Positions 37,931-51,104 of a stretch of 64,000 bases of DNA are shown here, one piece after another. Origin of the DNA: Klebsormidium nitens (taxonomy: Eukaryota > Plantae > Klebsormidiophyceae). The first letter of the stretch is position 1; every line of letters begins with the position of its first letter. Location of the stretch: the NCBI GenBank assembly GCA_000708835.1, contig DF237274.1, positions 1 to 64,000 on the forward strand, given 5' to 3'. Below the pieces are notes generated by a model. That model saw nothing but the letters and a program-made list of their open reading frames with translations. It did no database searches and had not been told where the DNA came from. The translations under genes and the position numbers were made by a program.

Positions 37931-37976
37931 AAAAAGTGATTTCCAATTTTCCCAAAAAGTGATTTCCAATTTTCCC
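37931..37976 (+). repeat. Perfect 23-bp tandem duplication in the PDX1/YgfZ divergent intergenic region
   Basis: AAAAAGTGATTTCCAATTTTCCC occurs twice in tandem. Confidence 0.95.
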
Positions 37977-38031
37977 TGAAAACGACGATGTGCAGCTGCG
38001 TATAAGTTTTTGGCCCCACATTTCATAGAAG

Positions 38032-41000
38032 ATGAATGCGGCTGCTGGCCTCTGCTGTCGGTTTGAGAGCCTGCATTTTGGGTCTCTTTGCAATTCGACC
38101 CCCTCACCCCTGAGCCGGAAAATTTGTCTACCTTTTGCTGTCGGTCCAAATTCTCCCTCGGCTGATTTAGCAACGAGATTGCCACAGCAAAAAGGAAGCT
38201 TTAGTTTCTTCACCCGCGACCGCACAACTTTTGCCACCACCACTCCTAGAAAAGTTTTGCAAGAGAGAAGCGGACCTGTCGCTGCAGCATTTGGAGTTGA
38301 TTTGCTGCCCCCACCAATCGACAGAGATCTGCAGGTGCTTTAGTTTGTATTCTGTCGCTCTTTTATACTGAGTGTCAAAAACCAGGAGAAATATGCAATG
38401 CAGTGCAATTGTGGCGCATGGGGCATCACAAATGCGGCAATCTCACAAGCGTAAAGAATGGAGAAAAGAGCATGATTGCGGGATGCAGAAGAAAAGTCCT
38501 GGAGTGGTACTTGACACGAAGCTGCAATTTTATGTAGCAACTTCAAAAAAATACTTGTGAACCTGGATTGCATCAGGAACTGCAAGAGGAGCTTGGCGCA
38601 GAATTCTCACCAGAAGGAGTCGTGGTGACGTTCAACAATGACGCGGATGCATTGGAGGCATCCAAGTCAGGGTTCGCCGTGAGTGCCTGAGCGCCTTTTC
38701 CAACGTAAGCTGAAGAGAATTTCCTGATGCCTTGGGATCGACCTCCCTCGTCTACCACCTAGCTTTACAACAACCTTGCTAGCGGTCCCCTATTGAAATG
38801 GTGTTAAGTAGACTCACTCGAACTTTCTAGTATAAGAAAACTACGACAGCAGCCACCAGGGCTGGGCTTTCAGACATAGTAAATAATTCTGAAGGTGGTC
38901 ATCTTTGAGCTTAATTGACAAGATGTCCCTTTTGATCTCCTCCAACAATGCAATTATGAATTGCCCCTTTCCTTTGACTCAGGTTGTTGATCTCTCCCAT
39001 TTCGGTCGACTACGAGGTGAGCCGATGGACTCTCTGGGTTTTCCTAGTTAAACTGCACCCGTTGAGAGTAAAGGGCAAATTGCTAGGCCTGCTTTGAAGG
39101 CCCTGGAATGGCTCGTTCATTGGGTGACTGTATTGGTATTACAATGGAGGCCAGAGTCTTACAGACTGCCACAATTTCGGCTGGCATTGGCTCCCATGCG
39201 ATCCTGTATATCAGGGTGTTTCCTTGACTAAATGAAGCCAACCGCCTGCAGTGTACGACGATGATCGGATACGTTTCCTGCATAATCAGAGCACTGCGGA
39301 CTTCAATCTTCTGAAACCTGGGCAGGTAGGATACTCAACAAATGAAACCTCCACTGGCATATTCCAACAAATTTGAAGATTGCTGAGCATCTTGCCCTGC
39401 TTATGAAATTGCATGTCCCCATAATCAGTTGACAATGCGGTGTCATCTGTGAGTTTGTGCTCTCACATTCGATCAGGGGGTACGGTCTGCTTGATAGTTG
39501 AGAAAATGAGGAGGGATCTTGTCGTTAATTGTGAATTGGCAAGGCTTCGTTACCTGCTTACAGGGAGGAGACACCGTCTTTGTGACCAACACAGCTAGAA
39601 CGATTGACCTCGTGACGGCGTATATCAAGGTGGGGCTTTTTATCAGTCATTCTACGTTGTGACGACTTTGAAAGTACTTCTGACCCGTCAAGCTGGTCAC
39701 GTGCATTCACTTTCGTGCAAGTTTCGTATGTATGACTTCGAAAACGTTCCAGTCTTCTGTCTACTTCGTTTAAAGGTGGTAACAAGCCTGGTTGTATCTG
39801 CCGACGGTTAGAGTTTTGTTTTGCATCAAGATTCGAAAGGATACAATGCAAGTCGAAGCTGTGAAGATCACCACAGCTTGAACAAGCTTCTTGCAAGATC
39901 GTCGTAGACTTTCATGTTCGTGAGAACGTTGTTTCTCGTGCTGTGCAGGAAAGCTCCGTCCTCCTGGTAACCTCGCCCTCCCAACGGCGCGAGCTTCTTC
40001 CCTATTTGGACAAGTGAGTTTTCTGTCGTAATGTCCATTCGCGGCGAGTGGTACATCAACGGCTTGGGACGGCCCAGCCGTTACTCTGTTCCTTCCTGGG
40101 GTGAAAGGATGTTTGAAAGTTGCCACTGCGTTTCTCATTTTGCCGTTGTTGTGTGTAGTGGCACAAGCGTCCTTGAGAAACCTCAATGACGCCCAATCTG
40201 CAACCAGCGCTCTCTCTATCTTGAGATTTGTCGGAAAGGAGAACGAGGAAGAGGAGAGGAATAAAATGGGGCGACTTTTGTATAAGGTCATCATTTGAGA
40301 GCTCGCAAGCCGGAAATCCGAAGTGATTCGCTAAGCCCGACAATGATGAGTCTCTCAATGTGGAGCGTCTTCGAGTTTCTATTGCTACTTCAGCGCAAAA
40401 TAAACCGACCCAGCCTTGCCTAAATTGCATGGGCGTTGTATCAACAAAGTCAGACATCTTAGGAGTAGGTGCAAAGTGCTTCGATGCAGTCAAAAGTACA
40501 GGCCTCGATCGGACGTCCGGCGTGCAGGTTCATCTTCTTTGCGGACAAGGTGAAGCTGCAGGACGTCACGGACCAGTGCTTCATGCTCGCGCTGGTCGGG
40601 CCGCAGAGCAGCCAGGTACGCAACCAGCGGTCCGGTGGTCAACCGGACATTCGGACGTTTCCCCAAGCTTTTGAAGCCTCTGACTCTGATTGTTCTGGTA
40701 GGCTATTTCCGGCTTTCACCGCCAAGCATGCTGCCAGGCATACCTACAGTTGCTCGAGGTTCTTATCTCGAATTCGACTTGAGTCTATCTTCAATAGGGT
40801 CCCTGATGCAGGTGTTGGAGGACCTGAGAGCCGGTGACCTGGTTGGCAAGCCGTACGGAACGCACGCTATGTTTGACGTGAGTCGCACTCAGCTCAATGG
40901 CAACGGAGGCAGCCTGTAAGGAGCAGAGATCAGCAATTGCGCATCGTGAGGCAGGAAAAGCAGATCTTCTGTTGCTGTTATATGCCGAGTCGAATTGCTC

Positions 41001-43037
41001 GCCTTGGAACTTGAACGGCTTCTGCCGGATGTCGTCTCCACGTTTGAAGACGTTTCTCTGAGTCTCTCTGTCCATGTGGCCCACACTTCAACATACGTAT
41101 GACCTTGTGAAGCTCGGTTCCCCTGTTCGATCAGGTCCCCCTTCAAAGGATTTGACATTGATCAGAAGAAGGTAGACTTACGGCTCCGACGAGGACCAGA
41201 AATCTCATCCCGGGGGCTTACCTGCTCCGCCCCTACCCCGCCTAAATTCCCAACTAAGTCCCACCCGGCCCAGGGTGTTCACCTTCTTACATCGTGGCTT
41301 ATCGTCATCTGTCTTGAGAACGATCGTTCATCTCCCTTCCGCCCTGACCTTTTAAGCGCAAGTCTTTCTCGCCCGCAGTTCCAAGGCAGCCCTGTCATGA
41401 TTGCGGTGGGCAGCGGCCTCGCGACGGACGGGTACACCGTGATCGCCGACGCCGCGGCGGCGGGGGACTTTTGGAAGACGCTCATGCAGCAGGGAGGGGT
41501 GCCCATGGGGGCGCGCGCGTGGGAGAGGCTGCGGATCTTGCAAGGTGCCGTGGCGTTCTGACGTTCGCTGTTGGCTCACATATGTCGAACATACTGCTGT
41601 CTCACAGTAGTCGAACATAGATGTATGATGCGTGAATCATTCTGCGGCTGCTCGTGAAATCGATCTTGGAGACGCAACTGGCCTTTTAGATGAAGAGGAA
41701 TGCGAGGCTGGCCAGCTGTCGGGGGCTTCGTGCAGCGGAAGCCCCCTGAACGTTCCATATGGTGCTCCCCGAAAGCCTGTCTCCGGCGCGTACTTTGGTG
41801 GACTAAGCATCCGAAAGGTGCATCGGCATGTCACCTACTGACCGAACCGTATGAGCACTTTCATAAAATCCCAGGCTAATCAGGATTCAGAATTCGTTTC
41901 TTCAATCACGGAGGATTTGGGAAGTTCCATATTGCGAGTCCTGTGACGTCAGCAACGGTCGGAATGGCCCGGAAGAAGCTGACGTAGCCTCACTCTGTCG
42001 CAGGGCGGCCGGTGCCGGGGGCCGAGCTGACGCCGGACTACAACCCGCTGGAGGCCGGGCTCTGGAACACCATCTCGCTCACAAAAGGTGCGTCCTCCCA
42101 ACGGTCTAAGGAGGGGCGCAGACGCTCGAAACGCTCTACGAGTTTCCTAGTTCTCCTTGTATCGTGCTTCGCATCGTTTGCTGGTATTGCTCGTGCTTCC
42201 GCACCAGTCGAAGGAACGTCCGTAGCTTTGATCTCCGAGATGCCCTCAGATCCTCCGAAATAGCCGGTGAGGCCGTTCAGGTCTCAACAGATTTTGTGCC
42301 TTGTGATCTCGATGAGTTTTAGCACGCCCTTCGACCAAGTCTCAAGTACTGCTGAACGTGAAAGACGTCCATCGAACAAGCAATTTCCTAAGCGGTGAGC
42401 CGACTTTTAAATCACGTCCCGGGTACTTGCCCTTTTGTGCAGGCTGCTACATCGGCCAGGAGACCATCGCCCGGTTGATCACGTACAACGGCGTCAAGCA
42501 GCACCTGTGGGGCATCCAGCTGAGCGAAGCCGTGGAGCCCGGCACGGTCATCACGCTCGACGACGCCAAGGTGACTCCGCCCGCTCCCTTTTCTCAAGCT
42601 TGCCGCCTCTGACTCTTATGAAGCGCGTTGAAGACGTTTGTTTTGGGAAACGACTCAAGCCTCATGGGCAGCCGAACACTACAACATTGATTGCACAGTT
42701 CTTCAAAAAGGCCGTCCGTCTCCTTCGTCAACAGACTAGATTTGAGATCTGTAATTTTTTAGCTAAGCACTTCACGTCGACCAATCCCCCGTCGGCTGCG
42801 AGAAAGAGGTGTGCCTCTTCTCGCTTGAACCGATCATCATCCGACAAGAACTGAATGCCCATGCATGCGGTACAGGTTGGCAAGGTGACGAGCGTCACAG
42901 AAACCGAGAGCGGGTTTTTTGCTTTGGGCTACATAAGGTCGAAGGTCTGCTCAGAGCCTGGGCTGACCGTGCACGTAGGAAATGCTGTTGGCAAGGTAGT
43001 TGAAATTCCTTTCGTGCGAAGAACACTTGACGCCTGA
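38032..43037 (+). CDS. Plastid YgfZ/COG0354-type folate-dependent protein (GcvT family, At1g60990-like), multi-exon
   Basis: Transit-peptide-like N-terminus, then PPPIDRD, VVDLSHFGRLR, RFLHNQSTADF, DTVFVTNTARTIDL, FIFFADKV, YNPLEAGLWNTISLTK-GCYIGQETIARL (KGCYxGQE signature split by an intron); ends VVEIPFVRRTLDA*. Confidence 0.92.
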
Positions 43038-44040
43038 AGCCTTTCATCGAGCGCGCTGCTAATCGGCTATGACCAGCACCGGGCCCCACGCCACTCCGGC
43101 ATGTATCGCCAATGACGATCGTGCTCATTGATCTGGGTGTTTGTGTTGGAGGCATGTCATCCGATCATTCGTAGTCCGTTGGCTATTCGGGCTGTCTTTA
43201 TGTACGTGCCACGCTGGCATAGATCGTATGTTGAATCTATGAGTTGGTGCGCATGCCGCCACGCCGATCATACCAATGCATTCCTTTTAGCAAAGTTAGT
43301 AAGTCGATTCTTAAGTGCAGTTCTGAAATGATCACTCATCGCTGCGGTGCAAGTATCATCAACATATGTTCCACCGTGGCACATGCATGCATGGAAACGG
43401 ACGGTCCGATCACTGCATAGTTGATCACCTTGACTGTAGGTACGTGCATGATCATCCCACTTCATTCAAAATGCGCATTGCGTATAATCAAGCTCCATCG
43501 CTTCAAGCTCATGCATGTCGTCATGCCAATCATGCTTTAAAATGTGCACATTGAATGATGCCGCCTAGCTGCCAGGCGGCCAGTGTAGCTTTCATCGAAC
43601 ACGATAATTAAGGCAACTTGTTCTCCGCGCACCTTCATTTGATCCTTTTTCCTTCATGTCTAGCAAAATAGACTTCAAGCTATTGTGCACTTATCCTTAC
43701 AGTCATCGTCGTTGTCATCGGGCTTCATGTCAAAATGTTTCTTCTGCACTTGAGCACGCACGAAAATAGAGTACAGGAGACGAGCGTAGGCGCTAACGAG
43801 GACAGTGGACGTCTAGGGAGTACAACTTGAACTCCCCTTGGGAAGTGCATGCGGTTATAGGGAAGATGAGATCTCAGAAGCAACCTGCGCAAAGCAAAAG
43901 CAAAAGGTCAATCAACCAAGAGCGTCCTGCAAAGGGCTTTACACATCATGGAAAGCTGCTTTTTAATGGCCTCTTGACATCAAAGTGCAGATCCGCATAC
44001 GCCTCTTTAAGAAATCTTGGAAATTCTGCTAGACACAAGC

Positions 44041-47000
44041 TCAAAGCCGAAGTTCGTCAGCAACTTCGGGACGGCAAGCTGGGCTCCTCACCTGGCGTGC
44101 ATCGCCTACGTGAATGCCACACTCCGTCTTTGCGGACCCGTCCTTGTTCGTCAAGCCCTGTCGTTACACCCCATCAATCAGGTCAGTGGCCGCATAGCAA
44201 AAGAGAAGCAGAAAAAAAGGGAAAAGAGCATAAGCACAGCTAAAGAAGATCGTCGAGCAAGTGCAGAGAGGGAGCTCGCGTTTGCGTCCGGACGCGTGTG
44301 CGGTCTTCAAAGAGACGAGGAAAGATGGAATTAGCAGAACCAAGAGATTCCTTACTGCCGTCTCTGTGCTGAAGAATCCGCGGAATCCGCAAGTAACACA
44401 ACTCAAAGACCTCTCATTGCTCAAATCTGGGGTGCCTGTGTTCCCCAATATGCAGGCCGGTTTCGCAAATCAAGAGAGCGCCAATAGCCACATTGGTGTC
44501 AAACACCTAGATGCCACAATGCAGAAGAGTCTCGTTCTGTGACTGAGGCCTATTTAGAAGCGGCTGAGGCTTCGGCGGACTTTGGGGCGTACCTGGAACC
44601 TGCCAGACCGCTCGCCTGCATACTCGAACCACTGCTCCCGAGGCACCTGCGCAGTCAAGCAGACGATTAATATCACACCACAGAGATCGCTCTTGAATCC
44701 GTAAAGCGCACGTAACCCGGTGCCGCGATCTCTGTCCGCTGCACTTACAGCGGTTGCTATTATGCCACGGGATGACCGGCTGGTCTTCCTCAAGCTCACG
44801 CTCTTCACATTCATTCGTCGCCAGTCTCTCACAACCTTCTAAGCGTCCATCGCTCTGCGCCAGCTCGGCAGCGGTTCTCCCGACGAACTCGCCTCGCTGC
44901 AACCCGACAGCTGTTCTTTGGGGGAGACAAAGAGCCGCCCGGCAAAAGGGCGGACCACTCCCCGTGCGGTGGAAAGAACGACCGCTACTCGCCGGGGGAG
45001 ACAAAAAGCCGCCCGGGGAAGAGGGCGGGCCGCTCCATGCGCAATCAAAAGACAAAGAAGAGAAGAACTAGAGTAGGGAAATGGTCGCGGCGGCTCACGG
45101 GCAGCGTGCTGTGGATGTCCCCCACGCTGGGGTAGCCCTGGTCGTGCAGCGGGTGGTACGCGAGGCTGTACTTTTTGATGTAGTCCCAGCAGTCGCGGAA
45201 CTCCCAGTACGCCAGCGGGTTCACCTTCACCATGTCGCCGCCCTCAAACAGCTGCTCGCAGAACGGGAGGGCGTGGAAACGGGTTAGCGAGATCTTCGTT
45301 AACACAAACAAAAGATAAAAGTCTCCTGTAACGGGGAAGTTTATATGGCCTCGCAGCTGGGGCAGGGGCACGGTGAGGGCACACTTCAGCCAAGAGGAGT
45401 CTTGAAGACGGACTCGAACAGCCCTGCTTTCAAGGGCCGTGAAAGCGTTCAACACTTCGGAGCAAAAATTTGCGCAATGAGCCCCGAGCAAAGCGCATTG
45501 CAACAAATGGCACGACCACTTGTCGCTCAAACGGCTCTGGCACTTGGTCTTTGGTCAGGCTATCTGAATCCCTTGCCAATCGGCAGTCACGGGCTCTTCG
45601 AGACCTTGTGTCCAACGAGGTCGGAGTGGCTTGACGCCTTCCTTTGCCTAGGAGGTTCCATCGTGCTGACAATCAGCAACGTTTCAGAGTTTCCCTTTTC
45701 TTTTTGAACGTCATGCTTACAACTAACTTGTGAATAGAGGGATTGTGTCAGAGCGGCCCACCTCGATGTGCGCTCTCTCGGCCCCATGATCTCGCCGCCT
45801 GCCGTTGATCATGGCGTCCACCTGCGACCACGTGTCAGCTAGAAAGTTAGGCCACGAGTGGGGCGCTGTGACTTCTCAACTTCCTTTCTGGAGAGTTTAT
45901 AGAAGCATTCTGTTCTCTGAAGGGGGTTCTCAAGGAGAAATGTCGGATGAGAATACTCGCACAGCTTTTTTATGCCAGTGTCACGGGGTCAATAACCACA
46001 GCAGGGGATACTGGAAGTAAAGACGCATGGGTGTCCATCGGACGTCCTGATTTGCAGACCCTCATGACACACGACATACTTTCTGCGATACAGCGGCACA
46101 TAACAGAAAAGGTGCTTGTCCGCTGTCCAAGTGCAACGGCGAGGTTTAAGTAGCTGTCTGCTGCAAGCCGACTTGCAAGGGGCACTCCGTCAGGGGAAAG
46201 GCAGGAGCTTCCTAGCCTAAACCGTAACAACTAAGTTTCTCAGGGGTACAGAGTTTCTCTCTGTCGATCCTGAGCATAGTCGCGTATGTGCACTTGCCTT
46301 GAGGGTCTTCAATGCTCGGCCGAAGGGCTCCACTTTGCAGATGCGATCGTACTCGTCGATGTCCTGCAAGTTGCAACACATCATCCAAGTAGTGAGACAG
46401 CCCTCCCTAACTTCTCACACCGATGTCACATAGACGTTCAATGGCCTGATATTATCACAGTTGCGAGCAGAAAATGCTAGTGTGTTTGTCAGACTGTACC
46501 GAACTTTTGGCCGACGGACAAGCTCGTAGACAGGCATTGAGGGGTCAGAACGCCACCTACTATTCTGTTTCTCGGTTGACATTGCCACAGTGACCAGCAC
46601 TTTCCCTTTCCTCAAGCTTGTCGCGTTTGATGCTCCCAAATGCAATGCTGTGAGTTGATGACCAGCCCGTGCGTCAGGGGCAGCCAAAACTTTGCACAAT
46701 ATCATTCGAGATGGTGGTGCGCCTGCTTCGCATGCTCGTACAAAAAGTTTTAAGTTTGTTTCAGTCAATTGCGCAACATCAACCCACGGTGAATGGGTTG
46801 TGTTGCCTGCTTTGACTCACCGTGAGATAAAGGTCGGGTCCGTGCACCTTGACATAGTCCGCCCGAGATGCAAAACCAGCAGCCTGGAACACCTCCGATT
46901 CGAAACCATACTTGTTCTGCAGAAGAGAAGGGGGATCCTCGTTTTACGATTCCTTCTTAACAGGAGCGAGTGTCAGAGAGATTGGCCCTGCATCTTCTTA

Positions 47001-48205
47001 GAAGTGTCTGGTAAGAGGAGAGGGCAAAGTGTTGGGGGACATTCATGGCAGGGAAAGTAGCGCCAACAGTTTGAGACTTTTGACCAGATGATGTGCGTGG
47101 CATGAATGTTAATGCAGCTTCCTTTGCAGAACAATCGAGTAGACCTGCTACATGAGGAAAGAACACTGATTGATTGAGGCGTCTGGTGCTCAGCATGACT
47201 GCGAGCACCTGTAGTGCTGCTACAATCGCCGGGACTTGTATACTTCGAAGGACGTAATGCTACACCACTTCAGGATTGCAGAACTCGTGGCCAAAAAGTG
47301 CACAACTACTGCCACTGAAAGCCAAAACATTTTCAACATTGGGCTCTGGAACCGACGGCTTACCTCCAGCTGGCGCAAAAATGTGTGCGTTTCCTCAAAT
47401 AAGTGGAAGGTGTCTACGAAAATGACCTTGACAAGGCCCTTGCTGAACGCTCCTGACCGAGCAAGGAGGTCCAGAATGACCTGAGAGAAGAAACTTTCGT
47501 TGGTATGAAATCAACAAAGCCATCCTAGTTAGTGCATGTGGCAGTTACAGTTCCACATTTGCATTATACCACATGATATCTGAAAGCTCTGGAAAGGTCT
47601 TACCACTTTACACTGACAATTGTGTGCTGTCCTCTTAGCATGCTAAGTTACAAACAGAAAGCCAGGTCGCAATAGCTGACGGAGTCCAATAACAAAACAC
47701 TTTAAGGAGCCCGCTTTGAACTAAGCACCGCAGTGGTATGACGGAAGATGCAGAGAGCACAAAAGCACGATGATTGCAATGAGCTGACTCTACTTACCAC
47801 ATCTCCTGCGATGAGCGCACAAGGAAATGCTGGCCGCTCAAAGTCATAAAGTGCATGTTTCAATGTTTCTAGAGCTTGTTCTTCCAAATGCTCCAGCCTC
47901 TGAATCTTGCCCTTCTTGTTCCACTCGTCTACGTCTTTCGCAGTGACCTGCTTCTCCGTTTTCTCGGACACAGCTGCACGTGATACTGACCTTTTCCTAC
48001 GCCCTGTGAGCTGCTCTTTACTGGGATATACCTGGCTAGATTGCAAACTAAAGCTAGGGCAAAGCGTCATACGAAGCGAATTGATTAGTGGCATCATAGG
48101 CAGAACTGCAATGTGGCCACTCTGAGTTCCATGTGAGGAGGTATGGGGCAGAACGGAGGCAATGCTGCCAATCTGGGACCGACTCAGCAAGGAACACGTC
48201 GCCAT
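44041..48205 (-). CDS. APR-B: Adenosine-5'-phosphosulfate reductase, APR-B type (PAPS-reductase-like, no FeS cysteine pair), plastid-targeted
   Basis: AFPCALIAGDVVILDLL, IFVDTFHLFEET, YDRICKVEPFGRALKTL, DAMINGRRRDHGAERAHIE, KVNPLAYW, PLHDQGYPSVGDIHST, ERSGRFQGLTNKDGSAKTECGIH. The exact 3' end is uncertain (a donor follows near 44082). Confidence 0.88.
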
Positions 48206-49635
48206 TGGGCCGCCTGAAGACTTCACCTACCAGCTAGGGCAGGAAGCAGTGCGAAGCAGCCAGAGCTCTGTAGAGCAATTGCGGCGGATGGGGGTTGCGC
48301 AGAGAATGTGAGCGCATCTGCATCAGTCATGCCCAGCTTCGCTTTCACTTGCTGTGCGTAGGCGCAGTCAGCAAAGGTTTAAACGTGCGCTCGCTGCAAG
48401 GTGCATGCACGGGAGATTGAACTTTGAAGGGACGACGGCGACGGCTCCTGCAGGTTGACTTTCATGTCAACTTCGCGGGCCCGATTCTTCAATTGAAGCT
48501 GCCACCCGACGGAGAAAGCGGCTTCTGGTCGAATACCGCGGATCGACTCTGGAAGTTGCTCGACGTACCTGGTCGGATGTCGAACTTCCAATGCCAGGGT
48601 GTCCAACCACGTCACGTGCCCATCCTCGAACAGTGTGGGTACTGCATGGGAGCTTCTCTTTCGAGAAGCGGAGAGGCCGCTGGCTAGCCGAGCTGAGGCT
48701 ATCTTCTCACAAACGTCTCCCATCCTCCCATGCTTGCTTCGATCCTGCACGATCCCCTTCACGCTCTCATCAAGTTTATGTGATAGAGGTGTATAAAGGG
48801 ATGAGCCTGGACAAGTGTAGAGTATAAGATATAGCGACGACAAGAAATCAAGGCCCGTAGAAACAACCGAAGCGCCACCTCGTAATTAATTATCGACTAC
48901 AACTATATAGTCCGGAGTGTGTTCAGCACGGGTGATAGCAACTCAACAGGGCCAGCATCCTACCAAGTCCTGCAGTCATGCTTCTACATCGATTCACCTC
49001 ATTCAATTGTATACGTAATTAATATGATGCATATATGTTAAGTGCTGAAGTCTCTGCTGGCTCCCGTGAGCGCGTAAGTCGATCAATTCAGTAAGATGGT
49101 GTGTTAGTCTAGAGCTGTTCCTGATATTCGCCCGTTGACTTGACTAGATTGACTTCCTACAACGCATTCTTTCTGTGAAGGCCAATGGAACCGTATGCAT
49201 GACTCAACAAAGATATTGTTTTCAAGGATCATCGAAGCAACTTTTGATATCTTGAATTAACTACGATGCAACCTGAAGGTTGCCGGAAGATTTACTTTTC
49301 GTGTATAGCACAATTGATTTGAACTCGCCGAGTCCCAAGTCGGAACAAAAAGACTGACAAACGGTTACAAAATCTAGAAGCAGCGACCACGAACATTCTC
49401 AACTTGCTTACTTTAAATCTTACGAGTAACTTTTCAAATATCATCGGTTAAGAGCACCTCAGATCTTGGTCGTGTCACCGACTCAACGTTCCCTCGTTAC
49501 AACCTCAGGCGTTTTGGCGTCGACCCTGCTCTTTGAGTCGAGTGATCGAGTACCCCTTCTGAATGTGATGCACAAAATCTCCCCTTCGTTTGATCCTTAT
49601 TGTATCTGATTGGATGTCAGTTTTATACGCAGCTT

Positions 49636-51104
49636 CTATGTGTTTTGGGCAAACTTATGATGACACTTTGTACATTCGTAAAATACGGTCTGCCCCTCGT
49701 CCGCCGATCGAAGCTGCAACAACGGAGTACCTTTGTTGAGAGAAGTAATACTTGGCAGACGGACTAGAAATCGGAAATCTGCGCAGAAGTTCTAGCTCTT
49801 GTGCATATCATACTTTCTTCAATTCCGAGCTCTCGACCGCCAGCAGATTGTGACGAACACAAGCTGTGTGCACTAGGTGGTGCTTACCTGTAGCGTGTAG
49901 TACTCGAGCTCTCGATGGCCACAACTTGGACAATCTTCGTCGACCTGAGGCATGCCCAAACAAGTCAATTTTTTAGAGACGGGTCGAACAGACATTTCAC
50001 AACTCTGACTCGAAAGTCCACATAAAAAGACTGAGACATATGTTCAGACAAGTTTACCCTTCTCTTGTTTTAGATGAAAAGCAGCAGAACAGAGCACACA
50101 CTGTCCATAAGCAGGCGGCGCAGCGTGGTTGCTAACTTACCGTTGCTCTTTGCCTGTCCCTCCCATCTTTTGATGGGGTTTCACTTCCTAGATTCCCATG
50201 CGTCGCCTTCACTAGAGGTTCAATTCCGTATCGCCGCCTGAAATCCTGCAGAGGCATTGTAAACTTACATGCCACTCATTGCTATCCATTGTTGAAGGTG
50301 GGGTTTCAGCCCAAGTTGCAATACTGTGTGGCAGCAATCTGGTATGTGTCTTCAACTTCCATAGAATCTGATGCAAGTAGACAATTCACAGCTCCGCAAA
50401 CTGCACTAGCCCCCTCATTTGGCGTAGCTCGGCAAACGAAGTTGAAATCTAGCAGTTGCTTCTGAAGTCCTAGGTTGATATAAGGCTGGACTTACCTCCG
50501 GGGTGCTCCGAACTACCACCTCTATACTCTCCATATCTGGGCGTAAAGAAATCAGTATTTCAGATTCGGTCAGCGAGGCTCCTATTGCCCGCAGCGAAAC
50601 GACTATTCCGAGAGCCCTTGAATAGTGCCATGGACATGCCCAATAAGCTAGAACTTTAGAAGTTTGACCACACATACGCTTCATTGTAAGTTGGCACCAC
50701 TCGGCAATGTGATGATGAAAGGATTCAGTCTGCCATGCAGGTTGGGGCACTACTTATGCGTAAGCAATGGGGTGTCACCAGAATGCCACCAGTAGGATGC
50801 TTTTCAAGAACCCAAATTGTAAGGGCGTGAGACTCTATTGCCGCTGATTGAGTTCAGACAGATTGGACAATGCTGCCAGCATAGACAACTTCGATTATCT
50901 ACAGCATTGACGAACACGCAAATGTGAACAACCATAAGACATGGTCTTACCTTCCACACTCCTGTGAAAGTTACAAAGGGGGCAAGAAGCTGCAGACTTT
51001 GACTCTGGAAGATCTAACAAGCTCCCGCATTGGGGGCAGAATAGGACGGCATATGCTTCTTGCGGGGCGTGAGCTGGCCCGCCACTTCGTTGCAGAGCCA
51101 TCAT
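49636..51104 (-). CDS. RPA12: RNA polymerase I subunit RPA12, 5 exons
   Basis: N-terminal zinc ribbon FCPQCGSLLDLP...CPLC and TFIIS-like C-terminal ribbon VDEDCPSCGHRELEYYTLQ-LRSADEGQTVFYECTKCHHKF. The N-terminal spacing fits RPA12 better than RPC11 or RPB9. Confidence 0.88.

Noticed and set aside
43560-43590. GC hairpin GCCGCCT-N7-AGGCGGC as a Helitron 3' end
   Set aside because: It is not followed by CTRR|T, and no 5' end was found.
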